Shown: positions 41,031-54,760 of the stretch, in pieces
Numbering within the stretch: position 1 is the stretch's first letter
Layout: each line of letters starts with the position of its first letter
Assembly (NCBI RefSeq): GCF_031769215.1
Contig: NW_026782059.1
Span: 248,001 to 312,000 of the forward strand
DNA from: Ylistrum balloti
Lineage: Eukaryota
DNA: 64,000 nt
Direction of reading: 5' to 3'
Program-made: the position numbers and the translations under genes
Notes under the pieces: model-generated
Databases searched by the model: none
The model's input: the letters and a program-made list of their open reading frames with translations, nothing else
Told to the model about the DNA's origin: nothing

Positions 41031-44000
41031 AAGCCAGGATATTTTTCTGGTATTTGGATATATCTCAGTTAGATTACCTTTCCGAATTCATCGAAAAGGA
41101 ACATTCCTTTTTTAAATCTATTCTTGGTTGCATTTAGGTCAAATCAGGCGGTTACACGTACTTTTGGGGAACTCAGAATTAAAAGTTAATCATAAGTATT
41201 ATGAGCTGGATCAAATATGGCTGCTGAAGATCAGATAGGAGAAAATATTTTCCTGAAGACTACGAATGCGATTTTATCGAGGAAACTTTTGCATCAATCA
41301 TTAAGCTCCAACATTCTCGTGACATGCTGTTATGATGATGCCGTTTGAAATGGGCGGGGTAGAATGGCTTACAGCCTATCGTCTACAAAAATAGTCATTT
41401 GGACCACGGGATGTTAATGATAGGAAAACCAAAGGTATACAGTTTGAGAACAAAAATAGTCATGAATAATTATCTTTAACATTTAGCATTTAAAACGCAA
41501 AGGAGAATTTCATGGTAGAATCCCTTCCACTGAAATATCGCGCCGCTACATTGGCCATAGTACGGGTATCCAGCTTCCACAATATTCTAAACTGTTAAAC
41601 AACCAAATTTGTTATATTTAAATGTCAGAATGTAACTGGATTGGTCAGGTAATCAAAATTATTACCTTCAATTAAACAGAAAATCTATATTATTTGTTAT
41701 GGAGAAAGGCACCAAGGCGAGGTCGCCCTTCACCTCCTGTTCGGTCATGTAGAAAACACATCGCATTTATACCAGCTTTTAGCTGGTCTCGATATGAGAC
41801 ATTCATTAACATACATTGTTTTTCTGTCCTACAATACAGTAATGTAACCAGTATACAATCTATACATGGAACAGTGAATATCTATTTTTACAATAGGGTG
41901 TCATAAAGTTTGGATCGGTTGATTTACCTCACGCTCCGGTAGATTTGTTGTCTTCCATGCCAGCATACAGTCAAGTGATTAATGTGTGATGATAAATATT
42001 TCATATCTTATACATCTATTCATAAAAAAGCAACGTATTGAATGTCTCTTCGTTGTTGTTTACTGGTGTGGAAACTTTTTTTTCAGAAATTTTAAATGAA
42101 GCGTGTTATGTTGAAATATATGTAAAATATATCTTATATTTATACTTCTTTAAAAATGATAATCGTCATCCATTGGACGTTACACATACAGACGGAACAG
42201 CCCGATAACTAATGGAATAGCAAAATAGCTGATTCTATTTTGGCAGCAAAGGGCGTCCGACCAGACAGATGCCGAAGTATAAACATCAGCTTTATTAGTA
42301 CGCCTGAATAGTGAATACACACCGGAAATATTAATGGTTTCATTTTCTATTTCTTCTGGTACGAAAGTATAAATTTAAGGTTACGTCATATTGAGCAGTT
42401 TCAGTGTAGTACTAGCATGGTGGTTTGCCGATAATCAGTGAAGACGTCTTATTTTTTCCCCTGATTGTCTTTTTGTTCGGTGAATATTATACAAATAAAA
42501 AGTTAAGATAGATTAATGATGACGCGCCTGATCTTTACCGGTTTTATAATATGAAATGGTTGAACTGGGAATATGCAATTGATATCACAATTTAACAAAA
42601 GTCACGTGCAAGGGATTTATCCAATGGCAGAAGACTTACATCCACATTATATGGTATATTTACATATTAGTATAATTATTTTTGACAATTTGATAACGAA
42701 ATGACGTCACGTATTCGCGGAATACGTCTTGACGTCATAATAACCTTATTGCGTCAAAAAGAATCCTACTTGTGTGACGTTGTATTGTACGTTTTCTAAA
42801 TATTCCCCAAATTTATTCCATTTCATACCATGCTTTATAAAACGCGTCTTATGATTGAAAACGGTGACACGAGAAATGGAAACTCATGGGAATCCTAAAT
42901 GTGCATCTATACATCATTGATAAGTATAACAGGAAGCAAGACAGAATTGACGTCATTATCTTGATAGCTACACGTATGTCAATATGACTAAGATCAACCA
43001 GAAAACTAAATTATTGGGCTTTCATGACCCTTGTCACGGATTGGATATATAGAAAATTTCGACAGAAACATGAACACTATTACATGTATAAGACTTCTGC
43101 ATCGATACAAATCATTTTTACCTGTCAGTTATTTCTAATTTTATCTTCATAACATGGGTTGGTCCTCTCGTATGACGTTCAGTGAGGTAGACACTAGTTA
43201 CAAGAGACAAAGAGAGATAGACTCAACAAACATACAATTGTACAGGCTTGTCTAAAGATAAAATCCATGCAGGACAGGTGTGATAATCAACATCCCCGGA
43301 AATGACGTGTTAAAACCATATCTACTATAAATATGTATTTAAGCAGTTTGGAAGTTATATACATTATTTATCAGCACACGTGTATATCTTGTATTGTATA
43401 CGTTCAACAACGGGGATTACTCTGCATTTTCACTATGATAAAACATCCTTCATGTAAAGACCATTATTTTGAATTGTTCAGGAAGTAACCCTTTACTTTC
43501 TCTCAGGCGTCCATTGATATATATACATATGTCACAGCGATGCGAGTCAACATCAATATTTTAACTCGATCCTAAAGAATAGCAAGTTGTCTTTGTAATG
43601 CATTTTGAATGGCGTGTAACGGTTTGTGTTTTCCGTCCTGTCGTTTGGTAGTCAGGTGGCGACTCGACAAGAGAGATAAGCAAATACACGCAGGTCTGGT
43701 ATGTCAACATTTGTTGTAATTGTATTGTAAATACCGACCATGGCCTGCTGTGGTGCCCTCTGACGATATAGATTTTGTCCCATGACATTTTAAATACGTA
43801 TAGAAATGGTTGGTACTCACTGTTGTGTGGAGTGGCCCTGCGAGAAAGCCACGTATCGACCAAAGACCCCACCTACCTGTACAGACGAGATCGATACACG
43901 ATTCAGTCTATACATGGCCCACGTGACCCACACCCGTTACCTTGTTATCGTATCTACTAAAAACTCATTATAATAAAACGCTATTTAAAATTACTATATG

Positions 44001-44689
44001 TTGTATATATATCGATTAACTTTCTTTTTAGATATATCGTTTTTGTTCAAACAAATATTTTACATTCTGAGTCGATGCCTAATTCCCCATTTGCCTATTA
44101 CACCAGAATAAAAAACGAAAGACGAGGGACAGAATTATCATTAAACATTAAAATTTATCTGAACAAGGTTGCCATCAAGTGTGATAGTTACGTAAAACCA
44201 CGATATTTTAATGTACATTACGGGAAATGTGAAACCTGAGTTTTCGATGAACAAGATTTTCCATAAATGGCGAATACTTTTTATAAGGATACAAAGGACA
44301 TATATACATATTAAAATTCAAACTGAAAAACGATGACGTGAGAGTCAAATTTGATACAAGAGAAAAGATTAACACGGAGACTCTTGGAAAAGCACAAAAC
44401 AAAAAGACCTGTTCTCAAGGTAGGGCTTTGTAGGACTCCTCAGTGATGCTAGGGCTTTAAGTATGGAAATCCTGATTTCAAGTAAGAGAAATAAAAAATA
44501 TTATAATAAATATAAAGATATATATAAAGAGAGTGGTGCACTAACAACGTAATTCGTTAACTGCGTTGTACAATTAATATTTAGTCCACAGAATGAAACG
44601 TAAAGGGTTCATAATTTAGACAAACTTCCAAGTCAAAAGTCTACAAGCAAAGGTAACTACACACTAGTCCGGCCTATAAAGTCGGCTAT

Positions 44690-45840
44690 CAGTGCCGTAT
44701 TGTCACAAGGAGGCATCAGTTCCGTATTGTCACAAGGAGGCATCAGTTCCGTATTGTCACAAGGAGGCATCATTTTCGCAGTATCACAACGAGACATCAG
44801 TTTCACACTATCACAAGGAGACATCAGTTCCACACTATCAAAACGAGACATCAGTTTCACACTATCAAAAGGAGACATCAGTTTCACACTATCACAAGGA
44901 GACATCAGTTCCACACTATCAAAAGGAGATATCAGTTCCACACTATCACAAGGAGACATCAGTTTCACACTATCAAAAGGAGACTTCAGTTTCACACTAT
45001 CACAAGGAGACATCAGTTCCACACTATCAAAAGGAAACATCAGTTCCACACAATCAAAAGGAGACATCAGTTCCACACTATCAAAAGGAGACTTCAGTTT
45101 CACACTATCACAAGGAGACATCAGTTCCACACTATCACAATGAGGCATCAGTTTCACATTATCACAATGAGGCATCAGTTTCACACTATCACAATGAGGC
45201 ATCAGTTTTACACTATCAAAAGGAGATATCAGTTCCACACAATCACAAGGAGGCATCAGTTTCACACTATCAAAAGGAGACATCAGTTCCACACTATCAC
45301 AAGGAGACATCAGTTTCACACTATCACAAGGAGACATCAGTTCCACACAATCAAAAGGAGACATCAGTTTCACACTATCACAAGGAGACATCAGTTCCAC
45401 ACTATCAAAAGGAGACATCAGTTCCACACTATCACAAGGAGACATCAGTTCCATACTATCAAAAGGAGACATCAGTTTCACACTATCAACAGGAGACATC
45501 AGTTTCACACTATCAAAAGGAGACATCAGCTCCACACTATCACAATGAGGCATCAGTTTCACACTATCAAAAGGAGACATCAGTTCCACACTATCAAAAG
45601 GAGACATCAGTTTCACACTATCAAAAGGAGACATCAGTTCCACACTATCAAAAGGAGACATCAGTTTCACACTATCACAATGAGGCATCAGTTTCACACA
45701 ATCAAAAGGAGACATCAGTTCCACACTATCAAAAGGAGACATCAGTTCCACACTATCACAATGAGACATCAGTTCCACACTATCAAAAGGAGACATCAGT
45801 TCCGAACTATCAAAAAGAGACATCAGTTCCGCACTATTGC
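44690..45840. repeat. 27-bp minisatellite, about 42 copies
   Basis: Unit CACACTATCAAAAGGAGACATCAGTT(T/C). It produces 9-aa periodic ORFs on both strands. Confidence 0.95.
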
Positions 45841-47929
45841 AAGGAGAGGATATACGAATGCCCCCGTACGTGTAACAGAGAGTTACCTTAAGCTACTTTT
45901 TAAAGGGGTTACTTACCACAATGATAACAGACTGTTACATCTCGGAGGAATCTCTAGGGTCAAGGTCAAGGCTTAAGTTACTCCTTCTAGAATATGCTTG
46001 TCGCTTCAATTCTTAAGCTATTTTCTAAAAACTTTCAACTCTCATATCAAAACAAATATTACACTAACAGGTGTGAGTTTCAGAAGCTAGCGACTTCATT
46101 CCTGCAGTTATTTCGACCCAACTTCATATTCACATAAAGGACATCAATCACCGACGAGTTCCAGGGTTGTAGGGTCAAGGTCAAAGTCAGCGATACTTTT
46201 TTTCAGAAAATCTTTGTCGGCATTCATTTAATTCTTTAAGCGAATTTCGATCAACTTCACACACTTGACCATCTTTTTTTTTTAATTAAGACATGAAGAT
46301 TTGCATCAGTTGCGTTTGTCCATCCGATCGTCTGTCTTTCTGTTCGTCCTTTAGTGTCCCGAGCATAACTTTGCCCACAGTTAAGCAATGATCATGACAC
46401 TTGGTGTGTACATTCGTATATTAAGGCAATCTGAAGTATGCCAAATTCAGGGCTTGCAAACCACTTAATTACAGAGTTATTGCCCTTTGTTAACATTCAG
46501 TGTCCAGAGCACAGCTTTTAATTGTTTGTGTTAAAATTAGGATATGAAGACAATATGCACTTTATCAAAATCATGACCTACGACCCCTTAATAACAGAGT
46601 TATTGTCCTTTGGTAAAATTTTGTGTTCACTTATATTAAGAAACTTGGTATATACATTGTCCATACTTAGATGATGTGAGGTAAGGCTGACAACTCCTAA
46701 GTTACAGATCTATTGCCCTTTGTTCAACTTTCTGCGTCCTGTGCGTAACTTTGCCTTCATTCAAACAAGGATAATGAAACTGTGTGTATCTATTTTTAAT
46801 ACTAGGGTAATATACAGTGTACAAAATTCAATGTTTGAAACCACAAGATTACATAATCCTTGTCCTTTGTTAAAGCTAAAGTTATTTCCGAGGAGCATTC
46901 CTCAATTTCGTTGAAACTCAAATTAAGTTTAGATATTGCCAAATCCAGGAAGATCAATACATAATGTACAATTCTATATTTACGTCCATGCATTATCAAA
47001 GATCAAATTGATAAATTACAAACGCTTTAACAGTGCAAGTTGGAAATATTCGACTAGACAGGACAACTTATTGATGAAAAGTATGTTCTCTCTTCCGTTT
47101 GAGTGCTCTTATCCTAATTTGACGATAATGCATACAAATTCCCATGTTAACAAGACGTTCAACAGACCGTGTTATTTTATTCAGGTAAAATGCAGTAAAA
47201 GCGACCAACCACGCCATACAAACACGCTCAATGGGGGTTCATAAGAGTTAAGGAAATTCAAAGCATACATATATGTATAAAGATTGATTGAAAATATTCA
47301 TGAAGAAAACACCTTATTTCAATAATTGTGGAAATGGTAAAACTATTTCAATATGATTGGTTATGTTAGATTATTTATAAGTACCGATTGGGTTTATAGA
47401 TAATTGGTTTTTAAGGATTTTTCAATCGGTATGACAAGGCCTAGTTTGGAAACAGATAACACATTATCCATACAAACGTTCCCGACTGTCTAGCACATAT
47501 AGAATCTCTATTTTGCATTCATGGTCTGGCCCAGTCATTTTATCGACGACCGTAGACTGCTGCGGTAGGTTTGTTATTAATGTGGAAAAAAATACAGCTA
47601 AATGTAAGATGATATTGACAATGTACATGGCTTCATCACATTTATAAACGAACTAAATTCCAGATTGATCCAATTTAGATTATACATTAGCACTTCCAAT
47701 TTCACACCTGGAAACATTTAGGTATCTGTCTTGCTGTAGATTTAATGGTTAAAGTGTTTAACTGCTCTTTAAGCCATTTGCTGGACGGATTTAATCCGAA
47801 TATTGTTAATGCTGTGTTAAATTTTCACTTTGATATTATGTCACAGACAATTGTAGAAAATGTCTAGTCTGTGATGTTTTATTAACATATTATGTTCCCA
47901 TACGCGTCTTAGTCAGTGCTGAACATCAA

Positions 47930-48215
47930 GCATGGTTTGCTGGATTTTATCACCCATGCACAGCCAGGTTGCCTCCATGTATTAGCTGGTGTCAATTTCA
48001 CTGAACAACATACAGGAGGCAAGTCGCATGTCATCAAGTAAAAATAAATGTGAAGTACCTTGCCCATTGCCACAACAAATTGAGCACAGACTGGTCCACT
48101 TCTCCACCTCCATAGAAACACAAAGGACCGCCACTGGAACTTCGAGCAACACATCAGATCTTTACATAAGTTTACCTAGACCAACGCTCTGACACTGAAT
48201 TATCTCGGCCAATGT
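47930..48215 (-). mobile_element. Degenerate tRNA-derived SINE with a CORE-like segment
   Basis: Minus strand begins GGCCGAGATAATTCAGTGTCAGAGCGTTGGTCTAG (tRNA-like), followed by GGGCAAGGTACTTCAC resembling the CORE-SINE domain. Confidence 0.4.
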
Positions 48216-48424
48216 CATATTCGGAACATCAAATACAAGTTCTAATGACTTTGTCATAGTATGAAACAGGACCCGTTAACACATTTTCTCAAGTTTTAAG
48301 AAAAAAGATAAACAACGTCAAAATAAAAGAAAAGGACTAAAGACACAAATCTTCTGCTGGAGTTTCTAAGACAAGCAGATTCTGACAATGCTTAAATATT
48401 TAAGATTTTTTATGTAACACCAAG

Positions 48425-51040
48425 AAAGATATGAGGGTTAACCAGGGACATATGAGGCCGAGAGTCAAGGAACATACTATCGACCAGGGTCATATGAGGC
48501 CGAGAGTCAAGGAGCACACTGTTAACCAAGGACATATGAGGCCGATATTCAAGGAATACACTATTAACCAGGGACATATGAGGACGAGAGTCAAGGAACA
48601 CACTATCGAACAGGTACATGTGAGGACGATATTCAAGGAACACACTATTAACCAGGGTCATATGATGACGAGAGTCAATGAACGCGCTATCAACCAGGGT
48701 CATATGATGACAAGAATCAAGGAACACACTATTAACCAGAGTCATATGAGGACGAGAGTCAAGGAACACACTATCAATCAGGGAGGTATGAGGACGAGAG
48801 TCTAGGAACACACTATTAAACAGGGACATATGAGGACGATAGTCAAGGAACACACTATTAAACAGGGACATGTGAGGACAAGAATCAAGGAACACACTAT
48901 TAACAAGAGTCATATGAGGACGATATTCAAGGAACACACTATTAACCAGGGTCATATGATGACGAGAGTCAATGAACGCGCTATCAACCAGGGTCATATG
49001 ATGACAAAAATCAAGGAACACACTATTAACCAGAGTCATATGAGGACGAGAGTCAAGGAACACACTATCAATCAGGGAGGTATGAGGACGAGAGTCTAGG
49101 AACACACTATTAAACAGGGACATATGAGGACGATAGTCAAGGAACACACTATTAAACAGGGACATGTGAGGACAAGAATCAAGGAACACACTATTAACAA
49201 GAGTCATATGAGGACGAGAGTCAAGGAACACACTATTAACCAGGGACACATGAGGACGATAGTCAAGGAACACACTGTTAACAAGGGTCATATGAGGACA
49301 AGAATAAAGGAACACACTATTAAAAAGAGTCATATGAGGACGAGAATCAAGGAACACACTATTAAACAGAGTCATATGAGGACGAGAGTCAAGGAACACA
49401 CTATTAACCAGAGTCATATGAGGACGAGAGTCATGGAACACACTATCAACCAGAGTCATATGAGGACGAGAGTCATGGAACACACTATCAATCAGGGTCA
49501 TATGAGGACGATAGTGAAGGAACACACTATTAAACAGAGTCATATGAGGACGAGAGTCAAGGAACACACTATTAAACAGAGTCATATGAGGACGAGAGTT
49601 AAGGAACACACTATTAACCAGAGTCATATGAGGACGAGAGTCATGGAACACATTATCAACCAGAGTCATATGAGGACGAGAGTCATGGAACACACTATCA
49701 ATCAGGGTCATATGAGGACGAGAGTTAAGGAACACACTATTAACCAGAGTCATATGATGACGAGAATCAAGGAACACACTATTAACCAGAGTCATATGAG
49801 GACGATATTCAAGGAACACACTATCTACCAGAGTCATATGAGGACGAGAGTCAAGAAACACACTATTAACCAGACTCATATGAGGACGAGAGTCAAGAAA
49901 CACACTATTAAACAGAGTCATATGAGGACGAGAGTCAAGGAACACACTGGCAACCAGGGACATATGAGGACGAGAGTTAAGGAACACACTATTAACCAGA
50001 GTCATATGAGGACGAGAATCAAGGAACACACTATCAAACCAGAGTCATATGAGGACGATATTCAAGTAACACACTATTTACCAGAGTCATATGAGGACGA
50101 GAGTCAAGGAACACACTATTAACCAGACTCATATGAGGACGAGAGTCAAGGAACACACTAGCAACCAGGGACATATGAGGACGAGAGTTAAGGAACACAC
50201 TATTAACCAGAGTCATATGATGACGAGAATCAAGGAACACACTATTAACCAGAGTCATATGAGGACGATATTCAAGGAACACACTATCTACCAGAGTCAT
50301 ATGAGGACGAGAGTCAAGGAACACACTATTAACCAGACTCATATGAGGACGAGAGTCAAGAAACACACTATTAAACAGAGTCATATGAGGACGAGAGTCA
50401 AGGAACACACTGGCAACCAGGGACATATGAGGACGAGAGTTAAGGAACACACTATTAACCAGAGTCATATGAGGACGAGAATCAAGGAACACACTATCAA
50501 ACCAGAGTCATATGAGGACGATATTCAAGTAACACACTATTTACCAGAGTCATATGAGGACGAGAGTCAAGGAACACACTATTAACCACACTCATATGAG
50601 GACGAGAGTCAAGGAACACACTATCAATCAGGGTCATATGAGGACGATAGTCAAGGAACACACTATTAACAAGAGTCATATAAGGACAAGAGTCAAGGAA
50701 CACACTAGCAACCAGGGACATATGAGGACGAGTGTCAAGGAACACACTATTAACCAGAGTCATATGATGACGAGAAACAAGGAACACACTATTAACCAGA
50801 GTCATATGATGACGAGAATCAAGGAACACACTATTAACCAGAGTCATATGAGGACGATATTCAAGGAACACACTATTAACCAGAGTCATATGATGACGAG
50901 AATCAAGGAACACACTATTAACCAGGGACATATGAGGACGATTTGTCAAGGAACACACTATTAACCAGAGTCATATGATGGAGAATCAAGGAACACACTA
51001 TTAACCAGGGGCATATGAAGATTTGTCAAAAAACACACCA
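48425..51040. repeat. 42-bp minisatellite, about 62 copies, with higher-order structure
   Basis: Unit GAGGACGAGAGTCAAGGAACACACTATTAACCAGAGTCATAT. 294-bp and 463-bp higher-order duplications are visible. Confidence 0.95.
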
Positions 51041-51164
51041 TAATCAAGATCATGTAAGGAACAAATCATGTCAAGGGATTCACGTCTACGAAAAAACAAT
51101 AACCAAGATCATGTAAGGCGGGTGTCAAGGGATTCACTATCAATCAAGTTCGTATGCGGATGGA

Positions 51165-51350
51165 TATCTAGGGACGCAGCAGCAACCAATGGCATTTGAG
51201 AATGAGTGTCTAGGGACAGCAGCAGCAACCAATGGCATTTGATAATGAGTGCCTAGGGACGCAGCAGCAAGCAATGGTATTTGAGAGTGAGTGTCTAGGG
51301 ACAGCAGCAGCAACCAATGGCATTTGAGAATGAGTGTTTAGGGACAGCAG
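51165..51350. repeat. About 43-bp tandem repeat, 4-5 copies
   Basis: Unit GTGTCTAGGGACAGCAGCAGCAACCAATGGCATTTGAGAATGA. Confidence 0.85.
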
Positions 51351-51815
51351 CCAGGGTCTTGTAGGGATGAATGTCTAGGGAGAGGAAAAGGCACCGAAGA
51401 ATTAAGACTAGGGAGAACAGACAAATTGATCACAACTGTTACAATGACAGTGGCAGCATTAATGTCTTTTCGATGTTAGAAACTGAAAAAACAAAAACAA
51501 AGAAAGGCGTTCAAGTTGGGCACATTAACTGTGCACTAACACAGATACCAAAAGTACTGTTGATTAGAAACTTGTGTTAGAATATAATGCAACATTTAAA
51601 CGCTTGGAAATCTGTCTGTAATCTGATATTATATCTAAATCATAAACAGGCAATAATTACAACTGATTTCAATTTAGCACGAGAAATTCAAAATTCAATT
51701 AAGGCAGATTGATGTTATGAAAACCACAAGAACTTATCAATGTGTTTAAAAATCTTAATTAATCAATTTAAACTCGAAATCAAGGAGGAGACAGTACAAA
51801 AGTACTAAGTGAATA

Positions 51816-52115
51816 TCATCTCGTTGCAGTTAAATCCTTTTCGGACTCGTCAGTGATGCTTCGGCTCTCAATTTTGAAACCTAGGTGACAATTGAGTAAA
51901 ATCCATACTAATAGGAAAATGTCAAAATCAAGGTGATAAGGTCCATAAATGTCGGAATTGTTGATATATCTGATACGTCTTAAAGATGTCACGTACATAG
52001 TGGCAAAAAATTGACCTGAAGAAAGATTTACACCGGCACTCTCTAAAATGTGAAAGGAGAGTAAGACCAGGTGTTCAGTAAGAGTAAGCGCCTTTTGCTT
52101 CGTCAATGACAACCG
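51816..52115 (-). mobile_element. Penelope-like element 3' remnant with decayed hammerhead
   Basis: Minus strand has the family motif GGCGGTTGTCATTGACGAAGC..GCGCTTACTCTT..GAACACCTGGTC, followed about 200 bp later by GCATCA CTGACGA GTCC gaaaa GGAT TTAAC. Confidence 0.6.
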
Positions 52116-52913
52116 CCGCGGTTTAGAAACATATATGAAAATATAAGTTAATGAGTCGAGTTTCGTCTCTTTCTGATGCGTGTCTGGGCAAATAAAAAGT
52201 CGCATGTTGTCATTTGCCGATAGAACCACAAGCTTGCATGCTAGCAAAGAGACTAGCAGTTTCAGGTCCTTATCAAAATGATCTGTTTCCGTTAATTTAT
52301 TTATGTACGCAAAATTCACACACTGTATAATGTCTTGGATAATTACAATACATTAAACTATTATACAAAAAAATCGATAGAATATTCAAGACAATTTCTA
52401 AATCGATTTTTGTTCCAAAGAATATTTCTTTCGCGTTTTAACTCATATTGATTGATGCATTACTGCGGTTTAAACAAACATGACACCTCGAATTTCAAAT
52501 AATACTTTTAAGATAATTGTATATATTGAGAAGTAAAAGTAAATAATGACTATTTGTGACAGGCGACTTACAAACATGCAGCACACGAGTGCTGCCCTCT
52601 GTCTAGGTCTAGCATCACTGCTATCAAAGCAACCATTGGAATCAACAAAACGCACTGATCATATCAGATATTGTAATATTAAACTTTTAATGTATTTTGT
52701 GATTCATTGGTTGACTGTTCCGAATTTAATTCTAAATCTGTACTATTCACTCCCGTTTCTTTTTCACAATCCTGTCAAAGCGTTCTGTGTAATATCTCAA
52801 TGTATTCAGATGCAATAACGTGGCTAGTGCACCTCCCGTCTGAATTTTGACATTTTTTCCAATAATTTTGATTTTCCTCAATCGCCTCGTATGTTTCAAA
52901 TTTAGACAATTTA

Positions 52914-52945
52914 CATCTTTGACGAATCCTAGAAGGACGAAAAAT
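52914..52945 (+). ncRNA. Decayed hammerhead motif
   Basis: CATCT TTGACGAA TCC tagaa GGAC GAAA, with core mutations at C3 and at the base after A9. Confidence 0.5.
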
Positions 52946-54017
52946 CTAAGTATTGGGAGGTGTTTTTCTCTTGTGTGTATTTTGTACAATCTTATTCGCT
53001 ATGTTTTTAGACAATTTCCTTGCCCGCATAGTCACCCTATTAACACACCGGCTCCGCTACTGTGCGGTTTCCTCTAATAGCTTGCTAAAGTAATAGCGAA
53101 CGGTTCCAATGTAGCTTCTGGTTATGGTACATGGAAATCAGGTATTTCCGTCGATCATATATTTGTTTGTTTTATGTTTGTTTTAACAAATATTGCATTC
53201 TCTTGGACAAAAAAAAATATTCCTGTAATGATGCTGTAAAGGATTTTTTTTTAAAATTTTTTTTTGTCTTGGGAGGTTCAAATATTGATTTTGCTTGGAC
53301 AACTAATTCGTGTTTTTTCATATACGCCTGGTATGTTTCATTACCTATTGCATTTTTTCATGTGGTGACGGTTTTCATGAGCAATATAACTTGTGCACTG
53401 ACATCACGCTGAAATGCTTTTGCATTAGGTAGCATGATAATCCACTCTCTGTCACAGAATACACACAATAGCTTAACCAGTCCTTAGTACTGGCACAGCT
53501 TTATCTCAATATCACGGGACATGTCATTCTCGTTTATTGACCATTCCAAACATAATGTCAAACAGAGTTCAGAGAATAACACTTATCCTAGTCAAGATAC
53601 TGAACATTTTGAACCCAGTTAACTTAACGACCAAGCAAATATACTCTCACATCGTGACATAGAAACAATAGGAAAGAGATTCGAAGATTCAAAGACATTT
53701 TTTATTCCCAAGTAAGATCCTTTAATCGTGTTGGTGTAAATAACCATCACACAGGTGTGAATAGACAGGTTTACGGTCAATATGAAATAAAGTTCATCCT
53801 CTCCACAGTTAGGTCCACGTGTTAAATAACACTTTGGATACACATTCGCAAGGTCAATGCTATAGTGCAAACTCAATAACATGAACATAGAAATATGCTT
53901 CATAACCATGTCATCTTTTCACAAGTAACCAAGTTTCTGTAGTTTCGTAGGTAACGGTCAGACGACATATCTAAAAATAACTCCAACGCCCCATCATCAA
54001 ACAAAGGCTAATTTGAA

Positions 54018-54210
54018 GGGGGGGGGGGTTGTCATAATGCAAAATCCGCACAGTACTGTCAGGGGAGGGGAGGGGGGGTTGTCATAATGCAAAATCCGCA
54101 CAGTACTGTCAGTGGAGGGGAGGGGGGGTTGTCATAATGCAAAATCCGCACAGTACTGTCAAGAGAGGGGGGGGGGGTTGTCATAATGCAAAATCCGCAC
54201 AGTACTGTCA
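54018..54210. repeat. 50-bp tandem repeat (4 copies) with poly-G tracts
   Basis: GTTGTCATAATGCAAAATCCGCACAGTACTGTCA separated by G-rich linkers. Confidence 0.92.
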
Positions 54211-54509
54211 GACCACGGACACGGTGGCAATGGCAACCTTCCCGATTACCTTTTGATAATAACATAATGATCTGCCCGCGTGCATCCTTTAATGTAGAGT
54301 GATAAGCATAAATAAGAAATATCAGAATGTTATTTTGGTAAGCCACGACTTGGGGTCAGATTCGGTAGCTTTTCTCACGTAAGTGGATGTGTAACTCATG
54401 CGGAGACATCGTGTGCCAATTCCCTACACCTTGATAACATGTGAGAGCGTTACCACGCGCGTCATCCGACCAACCTAGTGAAATATCAGGTTTGATGTGA
54501 TAAGAAATG

Positions 54510-54760
54510 ATGGAGAAGGTTTATGGTCGTCAAAATGATCTCATCAGGAAATATTCTGTTACCTTTTACGATATGAAGCTGGAAGTTTTTGATGCTTATT
54601 AGTATAGCCGTTGGTTCAGCTGTTGTTTACATTGTCCTCATTTGGGAACGTGACACTATTTACTTTGATTGAACAAGATTTATATGGCTTGTCATCGATG
54701 AAATTGTAGACGCTTACTCTTCCGGAACAACTGGTCTTACTCTCCTGGTACTTTTTGAGA
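54510..54760 (+). mobile_element. Penelope-like retroelement 3' fragment
   Basis: MEKVYGRQNDLIRKYSVTFYDMKLEVF resembles the C-terminus of the RT ORF at 59.2-59.6 kb and is followed by the family 3' motif (GACGCTTACTCTTCCGGAACAACTGGTC). Confidence 0.6.

Noticed and set aside
44657-45976. ORFs of 388, 399, 147 and 278 aa
   Set aside because: All are translations of the 27-bp minisatellite and are open in several frames on both strands. No signal peptide, domain or splice context supports them.
48410-50964. ORFs of up to 539 aa
   Set aside because: Translations of the 42-bp minisatellite. They are broken by stops and 1-bp indels that are themselves duplicated with the repeat blocks.
51816-52319. 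167-aa minus-strand ORF
   Set aside because: It runs through the retroelement 3' motif and hammerhead remnant and has no recognisable domain.
52595-52625. CTAGCATCACTG, resembling hammerhead stem I
   Set aside because: No catalytic core follows. It overlaps an exon candidate and may be coincidental.
53772-53860. Minus-strand exon candidate (IDLANVYPKCYLTRGPNCGEDELYFILT)
   Set aside because: Its phase-2 start does not fit the neighbouring candidates and no homology is recognised.
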